Positions 21,278 through 33,143 of a DNA stretch of 64,000 nucleotides are shown one piece after another; position 1 is the first letter of the stretch; each line of letters starts with the position of its first letter. Location of the stretch: positions 145,608-209,607 of the forward strand of contig BCKQ01000004.1 of the NCBI GenBank assembly GCA_001600695.1, given 5' to 3'. The stretch is from Ascoidea asiatica JCM 7603. Its lineage: Eukaryota > Fungi > Ascomycota. The position numbers and the translations under genes were made by a program. Below the pieces are notes generated by a model. It was not told the origin of the DNA, did no database searches, and worked only from the letters and a program-made list of their open reading frames with translations.

Positions 21278-24013
21278 TTACCAAATACTGGCAAAATCAT
21301 CTTCTTGTTTGAATATATTCTGCTTAGAACCAGAAAATGGATCACATGAAATTCCATTATTAATAACTGGAGACAACATCAAAGCTGGATTCATTGTTGC
21401 ATTGGATAGTAATGAATTGCTAGAAGCTGCAGAGAAAACAGATGAAAAACTGTTGGTGGAAGTAGTAGAACTGGCAGAGGGTATAGGAGATGCAGAATTT
21501 ATACCAATTAATGAATTATTGGCACCAAAATTGTTATTAACAAGATTAAAATCTTCACCATTTAGGTTTACCCCAAGTTCTCCAACGTTTGATAAATTAT
21601 TCACAGAATTTGAATAATCAAATGTAGGCTCTGAGAACATTCTTCTTTGCATTGGTTTTAGTCCATTAATAGCAGGATTCATAAAAGCTGAAGAAGCAAT
21701 TGGATTACCAGGCATAGAAAGACTTGGATTAGATCTTAATCCATAAGATAAAGGAGCAGATAAATTTGGGTTTGAGTTTGAAGAATAAAGATCATTGATA
21801 GATTGAAATTTAGGATATTGAGGAGTACCACATTTAGCTTGTTCGTTAGATGCTATGAAATTAGAAAAGGTATTTGGATTCATATCAGCTATTGGAGACA
21901 CAGACACTGGTGAAAAACAAGTGGTATTTGTAACATTATTGATATCTAAAGGAGTTTGTTGAAACTTATTCATAATATCTTGTTGGAATGGAACTAATCC
22001 AGCATTTATCTGAGGATTTATATAATTATTAGGCAAATGAATTCTTCTGATAACAGTTAGAGCTTCTTCAGGTTTAGAAACTCGTAAAAATTCCCATAAT
22101 AAAACAGTTCTAATATTCTTTCTTAAAATATTACTACCGTTTGGGTATTGAAGATCATTTTTGAATAAAATTTGTTTGATTGTAATAGCTCTAGTTGCAA
22201 CATCTTTTTGTTTATCTAAAGCATCCTTATCTGTACATTCATCTGAATTTTTATCAATACTTCCAAAAAAAGCAGACCAAAATTCTGGAGCAAATTTTAA
22301 ACCAACAATAGCATTTTTAACACCATTTACTAATTTACTACTTTTGATTTCAACACTATCGGTTAATCTTACAACTTCATGACCAAAAGAATAAATAACT
22401 GTAAGAACAGACCAATTTGTTTCATTGACAGATAAACCTTTTAATTCTAAACTAACATTAGTTTCATATTTTCCACCAGAAGAAAGATCTTCTGCGGCAT
22501 TATTATCTAAAGGAACAGATGAATTATCTTTTAATTTTGGTAGAACTATATTAACCATACCATGAACAATAGGAATATTATTAGTTGTTAATTCATATAA
22601 GCTTGGAAATCTTGAAGAAATATTAGCATTTGATTTAATTTTTAATGGAGGATCAAAATCTTTTGATTTTAAATTTGAATACGTATGAGAATTTGAAGGT
22701 TGATCAAAATGAAGATAATTCATTTGAAAATCTTTCAAAGCAACTTCACAAACATCTTTTGAGCTATTACCAGAAATTCTTCTTCTTGGGGATTTTCTAT
22801 AATGAATAGCAGATTGATTTTGAATCATTCTATTTTCACCAATTGATTTTTGAAAAGTGATTTCAGAAAAAACTTCTTCGAATTTTTTCAAAGATTCAGA
22901 ATCTTTTGGACCATTATTAATTAAATCAATTAATTTTGAATTTTTTTTTAAATTTTTAATAACTTGAATATGACTTGAAACTTGTTTTCTAGTTCTTATT
23001 TTATGAGTTTTTTGTAAAATAAAATCAGAAATTAATTCATTTCTACCACAAGATCTTCCACTAACTTTAATTTTACTTAAACCATTTTTTGGAATAATTT
23101 TTAAAGCTTCTTCAAAAGCAGATTCAACATCTGGACCCCAAACTTCAGTTTCATCATCTTCAATGTTTCTAAGTCTCGTTGAAGTAGAAAGTTTTGGAAC
23201 AAAGTTTGAATTATTTGATAAAGAATAATCTTCAGTTGAATTAATATAATTTGAATCAAATTTAAAATGTTTATTTGGAATAAAAGAATTAGTTGGAATT
23301 GGAGCATGAATTGTTAAACCGTTAATATTTGTAATATTAGAATTATTATTAAAATTGTTATCAGATTGAATTTGATTATGAGATGAATTATTAAGAATAA
23401 TATTATTTTGAATTTGATTTTGATTTTGATTTTGATTTTGAATTTGAATTTGATTTTGATTTTGATTTTGATTTTGATTTTGATCATTATAATCATTTGA
23501 AATTTGATCAAAAGATCTTTTTCTTTGAAGAATTTCTGAATTTGAATCAGATTCAGAATCTGTTAAATCATTATCATTTGAATCAGAATTATTTGAGATT
23601 GATTTTGGAAAATTTGAGGTTGGCATAACTTTTCTAACAGATACAGAAGTTTCATGAACTTGAAATACTTGTCTACCATCATTTGAAACAGAAATATCAA
23701 CAATCATTGGTAAATTTTTTTTTTTTGAAATTGAAGAATCTTTTAAAGAATCATTATTTGAGAAATCAGAAGAATTTAATAAACCTAAATTTAAAGATTT
23801 AATGTCATTATCATTATTATTGTTATTATTGTTAATATTGTTATTGTTATTGGTATTGATAATAGAAGTGGAGTTATCAGGAGTTGTTGAAGTTGTCAAA
23901 GATCCATTTGAGTCATTTGTATCTACAACTGAGGAAGTAGATAATGGACTAAAAGAAGAATTTGCGGAATCTAAACTATTAGACTCTTGATTTAATTGAG
24001 ATGAGTTAGACAT
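21278..24013 (-). CDS. TEC1: TEA/ATTS-domain transcription factor
   Basis: TEA domain VWGPDVESAFEEAL..IPKNG..KIK....CGRNELISDFI...T.K.RTRKQVSSHIQV. Confidence 0.9.
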   Translation of the reverse strand: MSNSSQLNQESNSLDSANSSFSPLSTSSVVDTNDSNGSLTTSTTPDNSTSIINTNNNNNINNNNNNNDNDIKSLNLGLLNSSDFSNNDSLKDSSISKKKNLPMIVDISVSNDGRQVFQVHETSVSVRKVMPTSNFPKSISNNSDSNDNDLTDSESDSNSEILQRKRSFDQISNDYNDQNQNQNQNQNQIQIQNQNQNQNQIQNNIILNNSSHNQIQSDNNFNNNSNITNINGLTIHAPIPTNSFIPNKHFKFDSNYINSTEDYSLSNNSNFVPKLSTSTRLRNIEDDETEVWGPDVESAFEEALKIIPKNGLSKIKVSGRSCGRNELISDFILQKTHKIRTRKQVSSHIQVIKNLKKNSKLIDLINNGPKDSESLKKFEEVFSEITFQKSIGENRMIQNQSAIHYRKSPRRRISGNSSKDVCEVALKDFQMNYLHFDQPSNSHTYSNLKSKDFDPPLKIKSNANISSRFPSLYELTTNNIPIVHGMVNIVLPKLKDNSSVPLDNNAAEDLSSGGKYETNVSLELKGLSVNETNWSVLTVIYSFGHEVVRLTDSVEIKSSKLVNGVKNAIVGLKFAPEFWSAFFGSIDKNSDECTDKDALDKQKDVATRAITIKQILFKNDLQYPNGSNILRKNIRTVLLWEFLRVSKPEEALTVIRRIHLPNNYINPQINAGLVPFQQDIMNKFQQTPLDINNVTNTTCFSPVSVSPIADMNPNTFSNFIASNEQAKCGTPQYPKFQSINDLYSSNSNPNLSAPLSYGLRSNPSLSMPGNPIASSAFMNPAINGLKPMQRRMFSEPTFDYSNSVNNLSNVGELGVNLNGEDFNLVNNNFGANNSLIGINSASPIPSASSTTSTNSFSSVFSAASSNSLLSNATMNPALMLSPVINNGISCDPFSGSKQNIFKQEDDFASIW
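23405..23483 (-). repeat. Hexamer repeat (CAAAAT)n encoding a (QN)n tract in Tec1
   Basis: About 13 TTTTGA/ATTTGA units on the + strand. Confidence 0.9.
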
Positions 24014-24077
24014 AATTAAATTATTGAATTATTGAATTATTGAATAATTGAATATATTGATAAGTTTGATTTATTTA

Positions 24078-24426
24078 AAGGAATGAATTTTTTGATATAA
24101 TTTAGGAATTATAAGAAATTTATATCAAAATAAAGTAAGGGAAAGGAAAGTAAAGTATAAAAATATATATTTTTTAAGTAAAAAATTTTAAAGGAATGTA
24201 TTAAGTTAGTTGAATAATTATTAATTAAATTAATAATAAGTATAACTTTGTTTGTAATATTTTGATATTATAAATTGATGAGTTAAAGTAAATAAATTAT
24301 AAAAGTAAAGGATTGAATTTTATAATTTAAAAATTTAAAATATTATTGGCATAAGATAATATATTTATTGATATATTGGTTGATATGATTATAGATTGAA
24401 GGAATGAATGAATGAATGAATGAATG
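24078..24426 (-). promoter_or_regulatory. Cluster of ATTCATTCCTT / CATT-repeat elements upstream of TEC1 (Ssd1-element-like; each exact copy also contains the Tec1 site CATTCC)
   Basis: Exact copies at 24078-24088 and 24399-24409; one-mismatch copies at 24191-24201 and 24308-24318; all on the TEC1 sense strand. Confidence 0.55.
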
Positions 24427-25821
24427 TATTAGTTAATTAATTATTGAATAAAATTGAATAATTTTAGATAAATATTTATTATAAAATGAAAATAGTTGTT
24501 ATAGCAAGATAAAGATTTTTAGTTCTTAGATAAAAGAGTGTATAAGTGAGTAAAAATTGAAGAGTATTGATCAAATGAAAACTTCAATTCATAAAAAATA
24601 AAGATTGAATAAAGATTGATTAGTATTGATTAGTATTGATTAGTTTTGATTGATATTGAATAATAAGAAAACAGTTAATATACAGAAGTTTGTAAGACTA
24701 TTTCTAATTTATCAGTGAATTATTAGTTGATTATATGAGATGATAAAATAATTTGGCGGTTGATTAATGAAGTAGTAAGATATCAATATATATATATTGG
24801 TTTATATTCAGATATTGATATTGATATTGATATTAATATTAATAATTATTTAGATGAATTTGTGGGTTATAAAGGGCAAAAAGAATAAAAAAAAGATAAA
24901 ATTAGTGAAATTGAAGGAAAATAAATGAAAATAAATGAATAAATTAAAGGGCAATAAACAAAAGGAAAATTTGTATGGGATTGAACATTAGTTTTAATAA
25001 CAATTCCAGTTTTAATAAGAGTAAGAAGAATAAAAAGAATAATAAGAATAGTGCAGTAACTTTACAGTGATTGTTGATATTTTGCTCATTATTGATAAGT
25101 AGAACGGTAACAGTAATAATTATTGGTGTTGGAGGTCAGATCTCAACTAACCACAGAAAAGTTACAGCACGACCACAACAAACCCACAGCAGGACACCAC
25201 TACGTTACCGTTCCAGAGACTCACTGATTCTGATATTCTCAGGTCTCAACCACACCACTCCCCATATCAGACTGCTCTTGTTCTGCAAAGCCCAGGGGTA
25301 ATTACGTGCCCGGCCACGCATCTGTACTTTGTTGTACAACTCTGCTAAATACATGTATAAAGGCGCGCTGGCCAGCACCACAGGTATTATGGCCAATTAC
25401 AACGCAATAAAAATGCCAAATCTGTACCCAGAACTATACAGAACAGGCCAGGACCCAGTCTTCGTACGAGATCCTTGTTGAAAAACCTGGTGCGAAAACT
25501 TGGTACGCTTCTCTCCCTCAATCAAGATAATATGTTTCACCAATTGGGAACCATCCACTTGGTCCGCAAAAAATGAAGCTGGTTATATAAATACTGTTTC
25601 AAAAGACCAGAACATGTGATCACTTTGAATCCTAATCATGAAAATTAATAAAATCAGATAAAAAAAATACTTAATTACTCAGGGGAGCCATTTACCAAGA
25701 GCTGGATTATAATCTAAATTACAAAAAGATCAAGTTTACAAAACTTCCGAATTTTTGAAACACCAAAAACTCTGTCTTCGAATGCTTGCATAAGTATGTT
25801 CCAGCAACAGCAACATAATAG

Positions 25822-26839
25822 GCAGGAACACAACCTTTCTCCAATCTTCAAACAGAGACCTTAGCAAAAGTGTGCCTAGAAGTTATAAAAATTATTTATT
25901 CTCCTTGTTGAGATCATCTGATTTCACCGATTGTAATAGAGGAAATATGTCCTAAATTTAAAGTGTTGCTTAATCCAGTACTAATAATCAATTTCAAAAC
26001 ATTGCCTCGTGCTAGTTCTGCCGGGTAAGAGAATTTCTTATTTTTGTTTGTTTTATGTTAGCTTTTATTTTTAGAAGTAGCTTTCGAATCGGTTTGGTAA
26101 CTGCAACCGGTGCGGTAAACAACTAAGGTCACTGCTAGCTATTGCGCCAGTAGCAAATCATATCCCCAAGTAAATGGATACAAAAAATCATTTGTTTTGA
26201 AAATAAAACCCACCATATTGGTGATATCGGAGCACATGATATTTTTGGAAAAGCATAACCATTATTATGGCGACTTTAACATATTTTCTAAGAATTTTAT
26301 TTAAATCTTGTATACAGTGTTTTTTTTTGATTGGGAAAAAAATATTTTTGTTTTATTTTTTTTAAAATTTAAATCAATCTCTGAAGTTAATTGAACAGTT
26401 GATTTATAAAAAATTGTTGAAATAGCAATTTTACCCAAGTTTATTGTTCGATGATAACAGTAATAATAATATCTCACACCACTTCGATTTTCGCTAACTT
26501 CTTTGATTAAATATTTAGCTCTCTCTGATTATTCAATTAAAGAAACAATCTCATTGTTACAAATCAAATCTCGAGCCAATGTTTTCAAGCAAATGTTCAA
26601 GTCCTAAGTGAAGATTTCAAAAAAAAGAAGTTCCAATCATACAAAAAGTATTACTCCCAACAGTCAAAAATAGACCAAGGGAATTCATGAAACAGTTTGA
26701 TGAAATAGGTTTAGAATCATTGTTTATTCTTACAGTAAAGAGCTTAGTATTTGTCAAAAAAATCGAAATCAAATTCAAAGCATTTACAAGAAGAAAATTT
26801 CAAACACATTGGCATTATGGAACTCATTTTCTCTTCTAA
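25822..26839 (+). pseudogene. Possible decayed protein-coding gene
   Basis: Several 30-75-codon open stretches on + separated by stops or frameshifts; higher sequence complexity than flanking intergenic DNA. Confidence 0.25.
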
Positions 26840-27902
26840 TTTCGTTTTCATACTTATGTTTATTTGCAATTAAATCCATGTTGAAGTTTTGTGAATTTTC
26901 AAATGCTACTAGTTTTTCAAGATCTATATTTAAGTTCGAGTTAATATTTTTATAGAAACAAAATATTTAGGTAACAAACTATTCTATATATATATTAAAT
27001 AAAATGGCTATGAAACATATAACTAAGAAGTGATGAGTGTTAGCAATGGAATTAATAAATTTAAGATTAATTAAGGTTATACTTCAATATGCCACTAAAT
27101 ACTTAAATACTTAAATACTTAAATGCTATTATACTACTTGTAAGTTGGTGATTTATATCCAATTAATCCTAAAATTAAAAGAATATGATCCCTGAAGTTG
27201 GCTACATTTATGCACATGACATGTTAACAAAATATTGAATAGGTCCTAAGTAATCCAAGATATGCTTTACTGTATATCGTAAAACAATTGGTGTTATCTA
27301 TGAGTCACCTGACACTTACTAAAGATTCCTGGTAATGCAGGGGTATAGTGCTAATAGAGGGCTGTATTGCTGCTTTGTAGTTGTGCTCTGTGGGAGTGAC
27401 TTTACTGTGTGAGAACCAGGGGTTGATGATGAGCACGGAACCCGCTTCGAGGGCTCTCTTTCGTTTCCTCGTTTTACCCTCGGGCTCTATTTTCTTACGG
27501 TTAGTTGAATTTCCATAATTGGAAATAATCAAATTTCAAATTTTATGGCACTTGTCTTGTCACGGGACTTGCTGTTGATCTCTGGCCGGAACCATTAACC
27601 AACTCATAAATTCCGGCTTTGACACATCTCTACATAAAATAACGGGTTAAATGCTAATGTTAATGGTGTAACGTTACCGTTGGTAAAATTACTATGTTGC
27701 TTGAATGAATATTGATTAAAATTGGAAATTGGAAATTGGATATTAGATATTGGTGAATATTGGGATTAGATTCAATTTGATAGAATTAAAGCTACTCTAG
27801 ATTAAATTGAAATTTTAAATAATTTATTGATAAAATAAATAAATATATGCTTTAGATATATGCATTGTTTTTATTTTTTATGAATATTAAGAACTTTGAA
27901 AA

Positions 27903-30218
27903 ATGAATGATAGTAAATATTTTATAAAAGCTAAAGCAGCTGAAATTAAAATTGAACTTCAACAAAGTGATAAAAAACCAAAAAATGCTTTAATTAAAAA
28001 AAAAAATATTGTTAAAAAAATAATTGCAAATATAACTTTAAATAATAATGAAATGGTTCAATTATTTTCTGAAATTATAATTTTATTTAAAATTAATGAT
28101 CTTGATCTTAAAAGAATGTGTAATTTTTATATTTTAAATTATTATATATATAATAAAAAAGCTGCTTTAGATTGTTTACCAATTTTTTTAAATGATTTAA
28201 ATGATACAGATCCTTTATTAAGATCTTTAGCAATAAAATCTTCTTCATTAATATTTTTAAAAGAATATATTTTAAAAATTTTACCAATTTTAAAAAATTT
28301 ATTAAATGATTCTGATCCATATGTTAGAAAAACTTCATGTTTTGCAGTTTCAAAAGTTTTTGAACATGATCCAAAATTAGTTCAATCTCAAGGTTTAATT
28401 GATGATCTTAATTATTTATTAACATCTGACTCAAATTCAATTGTTGTATCTTCTGCTTTAGCAGCTTTAAATGATATTACTGAACATTCAACAACTTTAC
28501 AATTAACTATAGATAAATCTCATGCATTAAATTTAATGAAAAATTTATCAAAATGTAATGAATGGTCTCAAGTTAATATATTAAATTCAATTTTATCTTT
28601 TGTACCACAATCAACAAATGATTCAATAAATTTAATTGAAAATATTTTACCAGTTTTACAACATGAAAATACTTCAATTGTTTTAAATGGTATAAAAGCA
28701 ATTGTTTATTTATCAAATTATGTTAAATCACCACAAGATATAATTCCAACTTTACCAAAAAAAATTGGTAATTCATTAGTATTTTTATTAACAAAACCAC
28801 CCGAAATTCAATTTTTATTATTAAGAAATGTTATATTATTATTATTATCAAAACCATCTTTAATTCAATTAGATGTAACTATGTTTTTTTGTAAATATAC
28901 TGATCCAATTTATGTTAAAGATACAAAATTAGAAATTATTTATCTCTTAGCAACTTCAGAAAATTTAAAAATTGTTTTAAGAGAATTAGAGGAATATGCA
29001 ACAGAAATTGATATCCAAATGGCAAGAAAAGCTATAAGAGCTATAGGTAATTTATCAATAAAATTAGAAGAAGCTTCAATACCTTCTGCTCAAGTTTTAA
29101 CTGATTTAATTTCATCTGGTGTACCATATATTGTTCAAGAAAGTGTAATTGTAATAAAAAATATTTTTAGAAAATATCCTGGTAAATTTAATGATATATT
29201 ATTAAATGTAATAATTTCAAAAATTGATTTAATTGAAGAAAGTGAAGCAAAATGTTCAATGATTTGGATTTTAGGTGAATATTGTGAATTTATTGAAAAT
29301 TCAACAAATTTTCTAGAAGATTTTGCATTTAGTTTTAAAGATGATTCATTTGATGTTAAACTAACAATGTTAACATCATGTATAAAATTATATTTAAAAT
29401 CAGAATTTTATCCAAAAATTTTTTCAAAAAAAGAAATTGAAAAAGAATCAAAAGAACAAAAATTATTATTAAAAGTTTTAAAAGAAGCTACAGAAAATTC
29501 AGATAACCCAGATATTAGAGATAGAGCATATTTTTATTGGAGATTATTAAGTTCACAAGGTAAATTTCCTGGAACAGGAAATGAAATCATGCTTAAAACT
29601 TTACCACAAATTTCTTCAGAACAAGATAAATTAGATCCTATAATTTTAGAGGAATTAGAATTAAATATTGGAACTTTGGCAAGTATATATTTAAAACCTG
29701 TTACACAAGTATTTCGATTATCGAAACAAAAATTATTAATCAATAGTCCTGCATTACAAAAATCATATAATCTTAAACTTGATTTAAATAATTCTAAAAA
29801 CAAAAGTATTCTGGATAAAAATCCATTTTCATTTTCTAATGATTTAATTAATATAAATTCAAATAATAATATAAATAATAATCGAAATAATAATAATCGA
29901 AATTCAAGTGGAGTTTCAAGTCATGAACCACAAGAAATTAAACATCCTTCAAAAACTTCAACCACATATTTAATTCCAACAAGAAAAGAAGAATCAGATA
30001 AATTATCACCAATGAGTGCTGGAGCAGGAGATTTAAGTTTTAATATGGATGAACAATTAGATCTTGATAATTCAAGAAGAAGTATGGAACCATTACATAG
30101 AAATAATTTAAATCTTGAAGAATTTGACTCAGGACTGAATAAACCAAGAAAGAATAAATTTGTAAGAAGAATGAGTATGAAAAGTGGTAATTTATTACAC
30201 AAACCAAGATATAAGTGA
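27903..30218 (+). CDS. APL1: AP-2 complex beta-adaptin
   Basis: Adaptin-N repeats (DSDPYVRKT, YVKDTKLEIIYLLA, DNPDIRDRAYFYWRLL, LELNIGTLASIYLKP); N-terminus resembles Apl1 more than Apl2. Confidence 0.88.
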   Translation: MNDSKYFIKAKAAEIKIELQQSDKKPKNALIKKKNIVKKIIANITLNNNEMVQLFSEIIILFKINDLDLKRMCNFYILNYYIYNKKAALDCLPIFLNDLNDTDPLLRSLAIKSSSLIFLKEYILKILPILKNLLNDSDPYVRKTSCFAVSKVFEHDPKLVQSQGLIDDLNYLLTSDSNSIVVSSALAALNDITEHSTTLQLTIDKSHALNLMKNLSKCNEWSQVNILNSILSFVPQSTNDSINLIENILPVLQHENTSIVLNGIKAIVYLSNYVKSPQDIIPTLPKKIGNSLVFLLTKPPEIQFLLLRNVILLLLSKPSLIQLDVTMFFCKYTDPIYVKDTKLEIIYLLATSENLKIVLRELEEYATEIDIQMARKAIRAIGNLSIKLEEASIPSAQVLTDLISSGVPYIVQESVIVIKNIFRKYPGKFNDILLNVIISKIDLIEESEAKCSMIWILGEYCEFIENSTNFLEDFAFSFKDDSFDVKLTMLTSCIKLYLKSEFYPKIFSKKEIEKESKEQKLLLKVLKEATENSDNPDIRDRAYFYWRLLSSQGKFPGTGNEIMLKTLPQISSEQDKLDPIILEELELNIGTLASIYLKPVTQVFRLSKQKLLINSPALQKSYNLKLDLNNSKNKSILDKNPFSFSNDLININSNNNINNNRNNNNRNSSGVSSHEPQEIKHPSKTSTTYLIPTRKEESDKLSPMSAGAGDLSFNMDEQLDLDNSRRSMEPLHRNNLNLEEFDSGLNKPRKNKFVRRMSMKSGNLLHKPRYK

Positions 30219-31590
30219 TTTAATTTACTTAAATAATTCAATCAGTAGAAAATGATATAATACAGTATAATATAAAACGATAATATAAAAGGGTATTCTC
30301 GACGTGAGACCAAATACACGGATCTCAGGAAGGGTTTTTTTTCTTCGAGCTCTTCCGATTTCCTCAGTCGGTCGAAATTGCCAGATGAGGCCTTTTCCTG
30401 CAGGTCTGCCCCCAGATCCGCCCTGGGGATGAGTCCGGAGAGTTCGTCTGCATTGGGAAAGAGCCTGAAAGGGCAGAAACTGAAAAAATGGCGACGTAAT
30501 CAGATCGTTTTTGACTGTTTATTTCAACGAAACATAAATAAAGAGAATAAAGAGAAGAGAATATAGGAAATGAATGAAATCAAATATCATAAACAAAATA
30601 AAGCAGTGCCAATTTTACTATCTTCCTTATTCAGTAACTGCGAATAGTGGTATCTTCTTTTTTCAGCATAATTTGTGTATTGTTCCAGTTACTCATTTAA
30701 GTGCAGTTGCAAATCAGGAAAACAAAAGAAAAAAGGGATAGCTTGATTTTTACTTTATTTACATTATTTACTTCAATAGATCTGGCAATGCTTTAATTCA
30801 TAATTTCTTAAATCAGATGTAAACAATCAAATCTGTATTTGTTAAATAATAATTGCTTAGATTTTGAAAGAAAAAAGACCTTACTTCGCCTAAAAGAGTA
30901 ATACCCTTTTATTTTAATGGAGAAATTAAGTTAAATTTAATATAATTATTATTTATCCAAATTCAGAATAATTGGATTCAGAATATTGTATATCCTTACT
31001 TGATACTTAAGCTATCTTTATAATAGATAAATTTCATTATTTTTATTTTTGTTGTTATTGTTTTTGTTATTTTGATCTTTCTTTTTTTATCTCCTTAATT
31101 TATTATTTCTGGAATTTTAGAATATCATAAATTATATATAAATAATAATGATTTTCTTTATTCTATTTTATTTTCATAATTTTTATTTTTTACTTTGATT
31201 TTCCAATTCAATTAAATCATTATTCACTTCCAAAATTCTTTTTCAAAAATTATTAAAAATTAATGTCTCAATTCTGTCATTCGCTTATTCAATATTCTTC
31301 ATTAATTTATAAATTATATAAATAATTGATTAAAATTTTGTATTATAATTTCATTCCTTTAATTATCTTCAATTCAATCTTTTAATTTATCCATTCGTTC
31401 AATCATTTACTTATTTATTCACTTAAGTATTCACTTAAGTATTCTCTCAATCATTATATCAATCATTTTTTTAATTAACTGTATTTTATCAACTATATCC
31501 ATTCATTTAAAAGAAATTTATACAGTATATATATATATATATATCTTAATTTGAGCAGATATTAAAAATCATATCATAATATTAATTAAG

Positions 31591-32616
31591 ATGAATAATT
31601 TTAATAATTTTAATAAGCAGAATAATCTAAATAATCATAATAATATCAACAATATTATTTCAGCAAAAACAAATACTACAACTTTCATTTTACCTCCAGT
31701 CTCAAAACTTTTATCCCCAAGATATAGTATTGATTCAGATCCTTTTTATAATAAATCTTTTAATTCTTATTTAAACTCAAATTTTAATTCAAATTTCACT
31801 CCTTCAAATAATAATAGTAATAACAATAATGATAATAGTACTAATAACGAACTCTCTTTACCAAGCTTTTCAAGAACTTTTAATCATCTATTAACTCCTC
31901 AAGCTACTCCTTCTGATGAAAGAACTCATTTTTTACCAATAAATCTTCACTCTCCAAAATCAATATCAAATAATTTTATTGACCAATATCCCACTCCAGA
32001 AACTTCATATGTTTATTCACCGACTTCTAATGATAAATTTATCATTAATATTGATAATCAAAATCTAAATCTTAAAACTAAAAAAAATTCAAATTCTATC
32101 AATTTTTTCAATACAACTATTTCAAATTCAATGACAAATCCATTGGAAAATTCATTACAAAATTCACTACAAAATTCAATAAAATCTAATAAACCTTTGG
32201 TGTCTTCATTTTCTTCATCAAATTTTCCATCAAATTCAAAAATAATAATGCCAATAACTAAAAAAAAAAGTAAAAACAAAATTATTAAAACAAAATCTAA
32301 AGTTAAAGAACCAATGACTTTTGCTTTTATTTCTCATTCAATAAAAACTTATCCAACTAAAGAACCTGAAATTGATAATATTCAACTAGCTAGAAGAAAA
32401 AGAAGAAGAACAACAAGAAATGAACAAAATATTCTTCAGGATGAATTTAAATTAGGTACAACTCCAAATAAATTAAGAAGAATTCAAATAGCAAATAAAG
32501 TGGGTATGACTGAAAAAACTGTTCAAATTTGGTTTCAAAATAGAAGACAAAGTCTTAAAAAAAATAATAAAAAATTATTATTAAAAAATGAACAAAATTC
32601 TTTGAAAACTGCTTAA
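31591..32616 (+). CDS. YOX1: Yox1/Yhp1 homeodomain repressor
   Basis: FAFISHS..TYP.KEP.IDN.QLARRKRRRT followed by homeobox VQIWFQNRRQ. Confidence 0.9.
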   Translation: MNNFNNFNKQNNLNNHNNINNIISAKTNTTTFILPPVSKLLSPRYSIDSDPFYNKSFNSYLNSNFNSNFTPSNNNSNNNNDNSTNNELSLPSFSRTFNHLLTPQATPSDERTHFLPINLHSPKSISNNFIDQYPTPETSYVYSPTSNDKFIINIDNQNLNLKTKKNSNSINFFNTTISNSMTNPLENSLQNSLQNSIKSNKPLVSSFSSSNFPSNSKIIMPITKKKSKNKIIKTKSKVKEPMTFAFISHSIKTYPTKEPEIDNIQLARRKRRRTTRNEQNILQDEFKLGTTPNKLRRIQIANKVGMTEKTVQIWFQNRRQSLKKNNKKLLLKNEQNSLKTA

Positions 32617-33143
32617 CAATACCCAACTTCTTCAACTTTACAATTACTTCATTTTTTTAGTTTTTAAAGTATTTATTAATGCTTATATTGTAAATTATTT
32701 CTTCCCAGATATTTTATACTTCTTATTTATGTAAATTACCCCATAAACAGTATACCCTTATTCTTTATGTAATTCTAATTTTAATTTCATTTTATTTCAT
32801 TTTATTTCATTCTATTCGATTCTATTCTATTCTTTATTTAATAAATGCTCTTTTTTTTGTCCAACCCTTTTCTGAATTTCATATAAAATTCGGTAATTTT
32901 AGTAGTTTTTCGGTTATTGCACCTAATAACATTACAACTTAGTAAACGTTAAGGCATCCCGTCCAACATCCAACAATCGATCAACATAGTATCCAAAAAG
33001 TAGGTCTCGGATTAAAATCAAACTTTCTCAGTTCAAATTATTATTTTAACTATTTTTATTATTCAATTTAACAATTAATATTTACTTATTCTTCAAAAGT
33101 TAGTGCTTTAATTTAAATGAATATAAAGTAAATTCAGATAACA

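Noticed and set aside
26930-26945. GTTCGAG B-box-like sequence (similar 6-mers at 26446 and 46825)
   Set aside because: No cloverleaf or A-box; no tRNA gene found by eye anywhere in the window
27415-27490. GGTTGATGATGAG plus GC hairpins as U3 or another box C/D RNA
   Set aside because: No U3 box A (AGGATCATTTC) upstream and no D-box at a suitable distance; better explained as the APL1 promoter island
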